From: Myxococcota bacterium
Lineage (GTDB): Bacteria > Myxococcota_A > SURF-8
DNA: 64,000 nucleotides
Direction: 5' to 3'
NCBI GenBank assembly: GCA_965140415.1
Contig: OZ223209.1
Coordinates: 3,424,001-3,488,000 of the forward strand
Of this stretch, positions 1 to 7,831 are shown one piece after another. Each line of letters begins with the position of its first letter. Positions within the stretch are counted from its first letter, which is position 1. Under the pieces are notes generated by a model that saw only the letters and a program-made list of their open reading frames with translations, did no database searches and had not been told where the DNA came from. A program made the position numbers and the translations under genes.

Positions 1-100
1 ATCCGTCCTCTCTCAAGCCAACGATGCGTAGACAAAGATTCAATTTTGCCAGTGCAACTCCATTTACGCGCCGTGAAGAGTTCCTCTTGATATTATTCAT
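1..100 (-). CDS. ispE: 4-diphosphocytidyl-2-C-methyl-D-erythritol kinase, N-terminal fragment (runs off window start)
   Basis: Not in the ORF track. My minus-strand translation from ATG at 100 gives MNNIKRNSSRRVNGVALAKLNLCLRIVGLREDG, which matches the IspE N-terminal motif (AKxNLxLxIxGxRxDG[YF]H). Confidence 0.8.
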   Translation of the reverse strand, partial: MNNIKRNSSRRVNGVALAKLNLCLRIVGLREDG

Positions 101-383
101 TCTGGCACTTCACACTGAACGGACATTCATTTATTCCATGTAGCACATCTTCATTTTAGGTGCAACTCATTTTTTCCTTTCTTTTACAAGGCTTACAATC
201 CAGCTCGATCCAGGCATTTTTCTACAGGAAGAGTAGGATTAATACAATATGCAGCCCAAATCCTTACTCTGAGTAAAAAACGAAAGTGAATGTGCTTTCT
301 CGGATTGTGCTGTTTTATTCATTTTACACTCCCCTATTCCACCAGATTCTGTCGACCAGGCAGAAAAAGACGAGGCTGCGGAG

Positions 384-412
384 TTGACAAGCACACATTT
401 GTGTGTTTTACT
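384..412 (+). promoter_or_regulatory. sigma70-type promoter of lexA operon with a palindromic operator in the spacer
   Basis: TTGACA (384-389), 17 nt, TTTACT (407-412). The spacer contains the perfect palindrome CACACA-TT-TGTGTG (392-405). RBS AGGAGG at 419-424 precedes ATG 431. Confidence 0.7.
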
Positions 413-430
413 GATTTCAGGAGGTTCAGA

Positions 431-1027
431 ATGGCACGCTCGACTCGTGAAAACGTTTACCGCTTTGTTCGCGAACGAATCCTAGCGGGAATGCCACCAA
501 CCGTTCGGGAGGTTCAAGCCCAATTCGGATTCAGTAGCGTCGCATCGGCCCGCCAGCACCTGGACAATCTGACAGACGCAGGAAAACTCGTAAAAGAGAA
601 AGGCATTTCCAGAGGCTTCCGTTTACCGGAACAGAAAAACGGCAGACCACCCACTCGGCATGTACCCATCATGGGCCACATTCAAGCCGGGCAGCCGATC
701 TTGGCGGTGGAAGACATCGAAGGCACGATTCCCATTGCGGAAAACGGCCTGCACGAAAATGTCTTCGCTCTGCGCGTTCGTGGCGACAGCATGAAGGATG
801 CCGGAATTCTGGCAGGCGATCTGGTAATCGTTCGCCCGCAACCGGATGCCAATAGCGGGGACATCGTAGCCGCCCTGATCGGAGATGAAGCCACCATAAA
901 GAGGTTACATAAAAATAGAAACCATATTGAACTTCAACCCGCGAATCCGAATTATTCTCCAATCGTCCTGAATCCCGAGAATGGCCAACTGCTGGGAAAG
1001 GTTATCGAAGTCAGGCGTCATCTGTAA
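431..1027 (+). CDS. lexA: LexA SOS repressor
   Basis: N-terminal wHTH (PPTVREVQAQFGFSS), Ala-Gly cleavage site (IQAGQP), catalytic Ser (GDSM) and Lys (ATIKR). Start moved from 290 to 431 on the basis of the RBS and promoter. Confidence 0.95.
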   Translation: MARSTRENVYRFVRERILAGMPPTVREVQAQFGFSSVASARQHLDNLTDAGKLVKEKGISRGFRLPEQKNGRPPTRHVPIMGHIQAGQPILAVEDIEGTIPIAENGLHENVFALRVRGDSMKDAGILAGDLVIVRPQPDANSGDIVAALIGDEATIKRLHKNRNHIELQPANPNYSPIVLNPENGQLLGKVIEVRRHL

Positions 1028-1036
1028 GGAATCATC

Positions 1037-1873
1037 ATGTGTTCGTCTCGAAATTCCAATTTAGCGCACTCCAATCTGCTCGTCGGTTGCAGTGGCTATT
1101 CTTATCGCGAGTGGATCGAGGCGGGCGTGTATCCTCCAACGACCAAGCAAGCAGAAATGCTGACACGCTATGCAGAACAGTTCCCCATCGTGGAACTGAA
1201 TTACACCTGGTATCGAATGCCAACAGCGGAACTGATTGAGCACCAATGCAAGCAGGCTCCGGAGGGCTTCCTTTTTACGGTCAAGCTGACCAATACCCTG
1301 ACGCACGAAATCGATACAAGCAGTTGGAAGGAAAACATCGTTCGCTATCGAGATGCCCTGGCTCCCATGATGCAAAACGGCCAGTTGGTGGCAGTCCTGA
1401 TTCAACTACCTCCGTCATTCGATCGCTCCGCAGCTCGTAGAAAATACCTGGCCTCGCTGCTGAACCATCTTGAAGGCTTGCCTTTGGCGGTGGAATTCAG
1501 GCACAGTTCGTGGGTGAACGACCGCGTATTCGCCGAACTCGAACGACGCAACGTCACATTGGTTACGGTAGATGAGCCACGCTTGTCGTACCTATTTCCA
1601 ACGTTGGATGTCGTAACGAATCCCGATCTGGCTTATATCCGTTTTCATGGACGCAACGCCGATGGCTGGCGGAACAAGCCCAACTGTCATCCCTTTGACT
1701 ACAATTACTCAGATACGGAATTGATCCCCTGGGCCAAGGAAACCATCAACAACATGATGACACGCGCCAAAAAAGGGGTCGTGTTCTTCAACAATCATGT
1801 GGCCGGACAAGCCCCCAGAAATGCGAATAAGCTCATCGAAATATTGACGGAACAGGGGCTGGTTGGAAGCTGA
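1037..1873 (+). CDS. DUF72 (YecE-like) TIM-barrel protein
   Basis: Family motifs VGCSGYSY, VELNYTWY, LIQLPPSF, AVEFRHSSW, YIRFHGRN, DYNYS, FFNNH. Confidence 0.9.
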   Translation: MCSSRNSNLAHSNLLVGCSGYSYREWIEAGVYPPTTKQAEMLTRYAEQFPIVELNYTWYRMPTAELIEHQCKQAPEGFLFTVKLTNTLTHEIDTSSWKENIVRYRDALAPMMQNGQLVAVLIQLPPSFDRSAARRKYLASLLNHLEGLPLAVEFRHSSWVNDRVFAELERRNVTLVTVDEPRLSYLFPTLDVVTNPDLAYIRFHGRNADGWRNKPNCHPFDYNYSDTELIPWAKETINNMMTRAKKGVVFFNNHVAGQAPRNANKLIEILTEQGLVGS

Positions 1874-1875
1874 TA

Positions 1876-3063
1876 ATGGGCGCCAGAGATATTTTACATT
1901 TGAATGTGGCTGACTTCGCCGTAGAGGTGGAGCGCCTGGTGGATACTCGGTTAAAATTCCGCCCCGTAATTGTGGTCCCGGAAGGAGCCGCCAGAGCAAC
2001 GGTATTCGATCATAGCGAAGAAGCCTTCAAGTCCGGCGTGCGAAAAGGAATGTCCTTGCAGCGAGCCTTGCGCCACTGCCCGGATGCCACGGTGCTACCT
2101 CCACATATCGATCGCTACGAGCGGGCCATGAAAGAGATGCTCAAGCGAACCCTGCCGTATTCCCCACTGATCGAACAAGCGGATACCCAGGGGCACTTGT
2201 TTGTGGATCTGAGCGGCACGTCACGATTACACGGAAAAGCGGAGGATATCGGGCAGAAGCTCCGCAATGCCCTAAAGAACGACATCGGCTTCGATCCGAT
2301 CTGGACCGTCGCTCCCAATAAGCTACTCGCCAAAGTTGCCTCCAGGCTGGTCAAGCCGACCGGCGAGCGAACGGTCTCAAGCGATGAAGCGCAGCAACTC
2401 CTGCATCCGCTCCCTCTGCATCTGATTCCGGGGCTGGAACGGCGGGACATCATGCGTTTTCGAGAATTGAGCATTCGCTACGTGGGTGAAGCCACCGAGC
2501 TTGAAGCGGAACAACTTGAAGTGCTTTTCGGAAACAGGCATTATTACATTCATGCCATTTTAAGAGGAGAAGATAATTCCCCGGTGCTGCCGGTGGGAAA
2601 TAAAGCCCCGCAAGTCGTCATGGAGCACAGTTTCGGAAACGATACGAACGAGATTCACATCATAGAAGGTGTCCTGTATTCTCTTGTGGAACATGTAGGC
2701 GCGGAACTTCGTAAGCGTCAACTGGCCACAACTCGAATCTCAATCGGCCTGGACTATTCCGATGGCAAACGCATCTTTCGGCATGTACCCCTGCATCCGG
2801 CCACGACCGATGACTTTCACCTGTTTGGCAATATCCGCAAGCTTCTTCAAAAGGCATGGACACGACGAGTGAGAATCCGCCATCTTCAAGTCAGGGCCGA
2901 TCGCCTGACGTACCCGCCCGTCCCACAATTGGACTTGTTTGAAGATACAAAGCAAAAGGATAACGACAAGAAGAACCTGATCGACGCCCTGGATTCCATC
3001 CGCAACCGATTCGGTTTTTCCTCCATCAACATGGGACGGACACTTTCAAGGCCATATTCATGA
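1876..3063 (+). CDS. Y-family DNA polymerase homolog (DinB/ImuB-like), probably catalytically inactive
   Basis: DinB fold motifs (ILHLNVADFAVEVE, SEEAFKSGVRKGM, APNKLLAKVAS, IPGL). Catalytic carboxylates appear replaced. C-terminal QLDLF clamp motif followed by a RecA-N-terminus-like tail. Confidence 0.88.
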   Translation: MGARDILHLNVADFAVEVERLVDTRLKFRPVIVVPEGAARATVFDHSEEAFKSGVRKGMSLQRALRHCPDATVLPPHIDRYERAMKEMLKRTLPYSPLIEQADTQGHLFVDLSGTSRLHGKAEDIGQKLRNALKNDIGFDPIWTVAPNKLLAKVASRLVKPTGERTVSSDEAQQLLHPLPLHLIPGLERRDIMRFRELSIRYVGEATELEAEQLEVLFGNRHYYIHAILRGEDNSPVLPVGNKAPQVVMEHSFGNDTNEIHIIEGVLYSLVEHVGAELRKRQLATTRISIGLDYSDGKRIFRHVPLHPATTDDFHLFGNIRKLLQKAWTRRVRIRHLQVRADRLTYPPVPQLDLFEDTKQKDNDKKNLIDALDSIRNRFGFSSINMGRTLSRPYS

Positions 3064-6059
3064 TTCCACTCACCACCCGCTCTCATTATTCGTTGATGTG
3101 GGGAACCGCATCGCCGGAAGAACTGGTTTCGGCGGCCAAACGCTGCGGATACGACCGACTGGCGTTAACCGATACCGATAATCTGTACGGTCTCTGGCCG
3201 TTTCTGCACGCCTGCAAACGAGAAGGACTTACACCAATTGTCGGAGCGGAAGTAACCGATCCGAAAACACACGAAAGAATCATTTGTCTGGTAGAGAATA
3301 AAACGGGGTACACGAATTTATGCCGCCTGATTACCGAACGGCAGTGCAATAACCGATTCTCTTTGAAGGAAAGTCTGCCCAGTTTATCCAAGGGACTACA
3401 GGTTCTGACGCAGTCTGAAACACTGCTGCGCCTTTTCAAGGAACAAGAGGTGTCGGTATGGGCCGCTCTACCACGTAAACCGACAGGGAAAGGTCTTAAG
3501 CTCCGTTTGGCCGCCAAACAACTTGAGGTACCCTCCATTGCCACTCCCGGCAGTTTTTTTATCGAGCCCAAAGACTACACCGTCCATCGCCTGCAACGAG
3601 CCATCGCACTCAACACCTCCCTGTCACGCCTTTCCCCTAAAGATGTTGCGCCGGAGAACGCCTGGCTGGCACCATCGATGGAATACATTCGTCGCTTCGA
3701 TGTCTGGCCGGACGCCATTCGGGAGAGTTACAGGCTGGCGGAACAACTGTCGTTTACAGGCCCGGAATTCGGTCTTGTGCTGCCTAGTTGGAACGGGCGC
3801 AGCGAAGCGGAATCTTCTTTGGAACTTCGTACGAAGGCATATGAAGGCGCTCGCGCCCGATACGGAACAAATCTTCCAGACGCCGTAACGCAGCGCCTGG
3901 ACCACGAGCTTTCTGCCATTCGCAGCAAAGGCTTTTCGGCTTATTTTCTGATTGTACAGGATATTATCAAACACAGTCCCCGTATTTGCGGACGCGGTTC
4001 GGGAGCCGCTTCAATCGTCGCGTATTCTTTGGGAATCACCAATGTCTGTCCACTCAAATACAATCTGTATTTCGAGCGTTTTTTAAATCCCGGCAGAAAG
4101 GATGCTCCGGATATCGATGTGGATTTCGCCTGGGACGAGCGGGATGCGGTACAACTGGCCGTTCTTGAGAAATACCACGCACACGCCGCCATGGTGTGCA
4201 ACCACGTAATGATTCAACCTCGCTCGGCAATTCGGGAGATCGCCAAGGTGTACGGGCTCACCGATCGCGAAATCGGACAGGTCACCAAACGCCTGCCGTG
4301 GTTCTGGCAGGTCATGGATGCCACGGATGAAAACGCCCTGCTTACGAGGTTGAAATCGCTTCCACAATTGAAAGAGCTGGACTTTCCCGAACCCTGGCCG
4401 GATATCATTCGCCTGGCTCAACGCCTGATCGACACCCCACGAAACCTGTCCGTGCATTCCGGCGGCATCGTCATTACACCGAAACCGATAAGCGAGTATG
4501 TCCCGGTGGAAATCGCGCCCAAAGGCGTACCCATTATCCAGTGGGAAAAAGACGGCACAGAAGACAGCGGCCTGCTTAAAATCGATCTGCTGGGAAACCG
4601 CAGTTTAGGGGTGATTCGAGACACGATTCAAACGATAAAGCGAAACGGTAAAACCATTGATGAAACCCATTGGGAGCCGGAAGATGACCGCACCACCCAA
4701 AGCCGCGTTTCCAACGGCGAAACCATGGGATGTTTTTACATCGAATCGCCAGCTACCAAACTTCTGCAAAAAAAGTCCGGTGTCGGCGACTACGAACATA
4801 TGGTGATTCACACATCCATCATTCGCCCGGCGGCGAATCGCTGGATCAATGAATATCTTGCACGACTGAAGGGAGAACCCTGGCAGGCGATTCATCCTTT
4901 GCTTGAAGGCGTACTGGATGAAACCTACGGCATCATGGTCTATCAGGAACACGTATCGCTGGCGGCAGTCGCTCTGGCAGGTTTTTCACACGCGGATGCA
5001 GACGGTTTACGCAAGGTCATGAGCCGTAAGGACAAGGCCCGAAAACTGGTGGATTACTTCAACCGCTTTGCCCAAGGCGCCAGGCAAAACGGCGTAACGG
5101 ACGAGCAGATCAAACAAGTATGGGATATGATTCTTTCTTTTGACGGCTATTCGTTTTGCAAACCACATTCGGCCAGCTATATCCGGGTGTCGTTTCAAGC
5201 GGCGTATCTGAAATCTCATTATCCTGCGGCATTTATGGCTGCCGTCATTTCCAACCAGGGAGGTTTTTATTCCACCTTTGCGTATGTGTCCGAAGCCAGA
5301 CGCATGGGAGTAACGATTTCCCCCCCGGATATCAACGCAAGCGAGATACGCTGGAGCAGCGATAACCATTCGATGCGTGTCGGCTTGATGACGATCAAGC
5401 ATGTAAGCGCCGAAACCCAGGCAAGAATCGTTTCCGAAAGGGAAAAGCAGCCGTATCGAGATTTAAAGAGTTTCCTGGACCGGGTGCGTCCCGATGAAGA
5501 AGAGGCCCGCTCCATGATTCACGCCGGAGCATTCGATGCGCTGCACCCGGACATTTCACATGCTGCGTTGTTATGGGAACTGGCAGTCTGGAAAAAGAGA
5601 CAACGCAAACCGGGAAAACAGACCGATTTATTCAGCGAAAGAGAAGCTGTCACTCGCCCACCCGTCTTCCCACATGAAAACGAGATCGACCGGCTGCGCA
5701 GGGAGTTTGCCACATTGGGATTTCTATGTGACCGCCACCCGATGGAATTGTTCAATGAAAAGCTGAAACGGCAACGAACGGTCAAGGCCATCGAGCTGAA
5801 CCGCTACGCAGGCAAGCGCATAAAAGTCGCTGGGTTGTTGATCACCGGAAAGGTTGTCTCCACCTACAAGGGTGACCCGATGGAATTCATCACGTTCGAG
5901 GATGAAACGGGAATCGTCGAAACCACCTTTTTCCCAAAAGTGTATCGAAAGTTTTGTTCCATTCTCGACCGCAACCGCCCTTTTTTGCTGACCGGAATCG
6001 TTGACGAACAATTCGGAGCCTGTACGCTGACGGTACACGAAGTAGCTCCCATAACATGA
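3060..6059 (+). CDS. dnaE2: Error-prone DNA polymerase III alpha subunit (DnaE2/ImuC-type)
   Basis: PHP domain (ALTDTDNLYG), GRGSGAAS, FERFLNP, catalytic PDIDVDF and KIDLLG, GYSFCKPHS, OB fold (FITFEDETG). 999 aa with no tau-binding C-terminal domain. ATGA overlap with the upstream gene; lies in the lexA operon. Confidence 0.9.
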   Translation: MIPLTTRSHYSLMWGTASPEELVSAAKRCGYDRLALTDTDNLYGLWPFLHACKREGLTPIVGAEVTDPKTHERIICLVENKTGYTNLCRLITERQCNNRFSLKESLPSLSKGLQVLTQSETLLRLFKEQEVSVWAALPRKPTGKGLKLRLAAKQLEVPSIATPGSFFIEPKDYTVHRLQRAIALNTSLSRLSPKDVAPENAWLAPSMEYIRRFDVWPDAIRESYRLAEQLSFTGPEFGLVLPSWNGRSEAESSLELRTKAYEGARARYGTNLPDAVTQRLDHELSAIRSKGFSAYFLIVQDIIKHSPRICGRGSGAASIVAYSLGITNVCPLKYNLYFERFLNPGRKDAPDIDVDFAWDERDAVQLAVLEKYHAHAAMVCNHVMIQPRSAIREIAKVYGLTDREIGQVTKRLPWFWQVMDATDENALLTRLKSLPQLKELDFPEPWPDIIRLAQRLIDTPRNLSVHSGGIVITPKPISEYVPVEIAPKGVPIIQWEKDGTEDSGLLKIDLLGNRSLGVIRDTIQTIKRNGKTIDETHWEPEDDRTTQSRVSNGETMGCFYIESPATKLLQKKSGVGDYEHMVIHTSIIRPAANRWINEYLARLKGEPWQAIHPLLEGVLDETYGIMVYQEHVSLAAVALAGFSHADADGLRKVMSRKDKARKLVDYFNRFAQGARQNGVTDEQIKQVWDMILSFDGYSFCKPHSASYIRVSFQAAYLKSHYPAAFMAAVISNQGGFYSTFAYVSEARRMGVTISPPDINASEIRWSSDNHSMRVGLMTIKHVSAETQARIVSEREKQPYRDLKSFLDRVRPDEEEARSMIHAGAFDALHPDISHAALLWELAVWKKRQRKPGKQTDLFSEREAVTRPPVFPHENEIDRLRREFATLGFLCDRHPMELFNEKLKRQRTVKAIELNRYAGKRIKVAGLLITGKVVSTYKGDPMEFITFEDETGIVETTFFPKVYRKFCSILDRNRPFLLTGIVDEQFGACTLTVHEVAPIT

Positions 6060-6231
6060 CGGAGAATCGCTCCCCACGCGACAGTCACTGCGATTTCGCC
6101 ATGATTTTCAACGGCATCCGGCGTTTATTTTAGGAGCAGCAGTGTTTTTGGGGCAGATTGAACGCCGTTTTACTCTGTCGCTCCGACAAGTCGAGGCATC
6201 AATATTCGAGCTACCATGTCCGATTTTACTG

Positions 6232-6251
6232 GCAAAACATTTTTGTTTTGC
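6232..6251. promoter_or_regulatory. Palindromic candidate operator upstream of glnA
   Basis: Perfect inverted repeat GCAAAACA-TTTT-TGTTTTGC about 80 nt before the glnA ATG. Confidence 0.45.
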
Positions 6252-6332
6252 TATAGGCTCTTAGGACATCATTCGGATTCCCTAAAGAATCCGACTCTTC
6301 GCCGGCCTTGTCACACGATCATGGAGGTTAGT

Positions 6333-7766
6333 ATGAGTGAACAGTTCGAGAAGGTAAAAAAGCTGTGCGAACGTGAGAAAGTGGAAATCATCGACTTGAA
6401 ATACACGGATTTATTCGGGCGCTGGTATCACTTGACCTTGCCTGCTTCACGTCTGGATGAAAAACTGTTTGTGGAAGGAGAATCATTCGACGCATCTTCG
6501 GTTCCCGGTTACAAGTCCGTAGAAGCCGGCGACATGAACATGGTGCCAGTCATTGAATCCATGGAGCTTGACCCGTTCTGGGAAAAACCAACAGTCAGCT
6601 TTATCTGCGATATCATCGAAACGGATACCCTGGAGGATTTCGGGCGTCATCCGCGAGGTGTGGCCAAACGTGCGGAAGCTTATCTTCGCGAAGAAGGTAT
6701 CGCCGAAAAAAGCATGTGGGGACCTGAACTGGAGTTCTATATTTTCGACTCCGTCAACGTCAAGGAAGACATCAACACGAGTTTCTACATGATCGACTCC
6801 GCAGAGGCGGACTGGAACAGCCAGATGGAAGGAAACAACCTTGGCAACAAGATCCCGCGCCAGGGCGGCTATCATGCCATTCCTCCTTTGGATGCCATGT
6901 TCAATCTCCGCGCCGAAATGGCTTCCATGATGGAAGCCAAAGGCATCCCCGTTCGCTATCATCACCACGAAGTAGGTGGACCCGGTCAGTCGGAAATCGA
7001 AATCAATCTGAATACACTGACATTGATGGGCGACCGCGCCATGCGAGCCAAGTACATTATCAAGAACCTGGCCTATCGCCACAACAAGACCGTCACATTC
7101 ATGCCTAAGCCACTGTTCAACGAAGCCGGTAGCGGTATGCATTTCCATCAGTTTTTAATCGGAGAAAACGGAAAAAATCTCTTTTACGAAAAGGGCAGTT
7201 ACGCGGACCTGTCCGAATTGGCGCTGTATTACATCGGAGGACTACTGGCACATGGACGAGCCTTGCTGGCATTCACCAACCCTTCGACCAACAGTTACAA
7301 AAGACTGGTGCCCGGTTTCGAAGCGCCAACCAAATTGTTCTTCGGGCTGGCCAATCGTTCCGCCGCCGTACGCATTCCCAAATTCGCCAAGACGGAATCC
7401 AACAAACGCATCGAGTTCCGCCCTCCCGATGGCACCTGCAATCTGTACTTCGCCATGGCGGCGCAACTGATGGCCGGAATCGACGGCATCCGAAACAAAA
7501 TCGACCCCCGCAAGCTAGGCATGGGCCCCTTCGATATGGATGTCCGCGACATCCCCACCGAACAATTGGACGAGATCCTCTCTGTACCGACTTCGTTGGT
7601 GGAAGCCTGTCAAGCGCTGGAAAGCGACCATGAGTTCCTGCTACAGGGCGGCGTGTTCAGCAAAGATCTGATCGACACCTGGATCGACTACAAGGTCAAT
7701 CACGAACATCTGGCCGTGCGTAATCGTCCCCACCCATATGAAATCAAACTGTATTTCGACACCTGA
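6333..7766 (+). CDS. glnA: Glutamine synthetase type I
   Basis: FDASS, GPELEFYIF, HHHEVG, TFMPKP, GSGMHFHQ, NSYKRLVPGFEAP, NRSAAVRIP, RIEFRPPD, C-terminal RPHPYE. RBS GGAGG before ATG 6333 (the track starts at 6216). Confidence 0.97.
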   Translation: MSEQFEKVKKLCEREKVEIIDLKYTDLFGRWYHLTLPASRLDEKLFVEGESFDASSVPGYKSVEAGDMNMVPVIESMELDPFWEKPTVSFICDIIETDTLEDFGRHPRGVAKRAEAYLREEGIAEKSMWGPELEFYIFDSVNVKEDINTSFYMIDSAEADWNSQMEGNNLGNKIPRQGGYHAIPPLDAMFNLRAEMASMMEAKGIPVRYHHHEVGGPGQSEIEINLNTLTLMGDRAMRAKYIIKNLAYRHNKTVTFMPKPLFNEAGSGMHFHQFLIGENGKNLFYEKGSYADLSELALYYIGGLLAHGRALLAFTNPSTNSYKRLVPGFEAPTKLFFGLANRSAAVRIPKFAKTESNKRIEFRPPDGTCNLYFAMAAQLMAGIDGIRNKIDPRKLGMGPFDMDVRDIPTEQLDEILSVPTSLVEACQALESDHEFLLQGGVFSKDLIDTWIDYKVNHEHLAVRNRPHPYEIKLYFDT

Positions 7767-7797
7767 TTCCAATCAGGACCGATTGAGAAAAGCACGC

Positions 7798-7829
7798 GCC
7801 CCCATACTGAAATGTTGGGGGCATTTTTC
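7798..7829 (+). terminator. Intrinsic terminator between convergent glnA and yhaN-like genes
   Basis: GCCCCCA...TGGGGGC stem followed by ATTTTT. Confidence 0.65.
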
Positions 7830-7831
7830 AT

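Noticed and set aside
290-430. 47-aa N-terminal extension of LexA in the ORF track
   Set aside because: It overlaps the promoter, operator and RBS; the LexA fold starts at ATG 431.
6229-6251. Possible sigma54 promoter (TGGCA...TTGC) for glnA
   Set aside because: GG and GC are 17 nt apart instead of the required 10.
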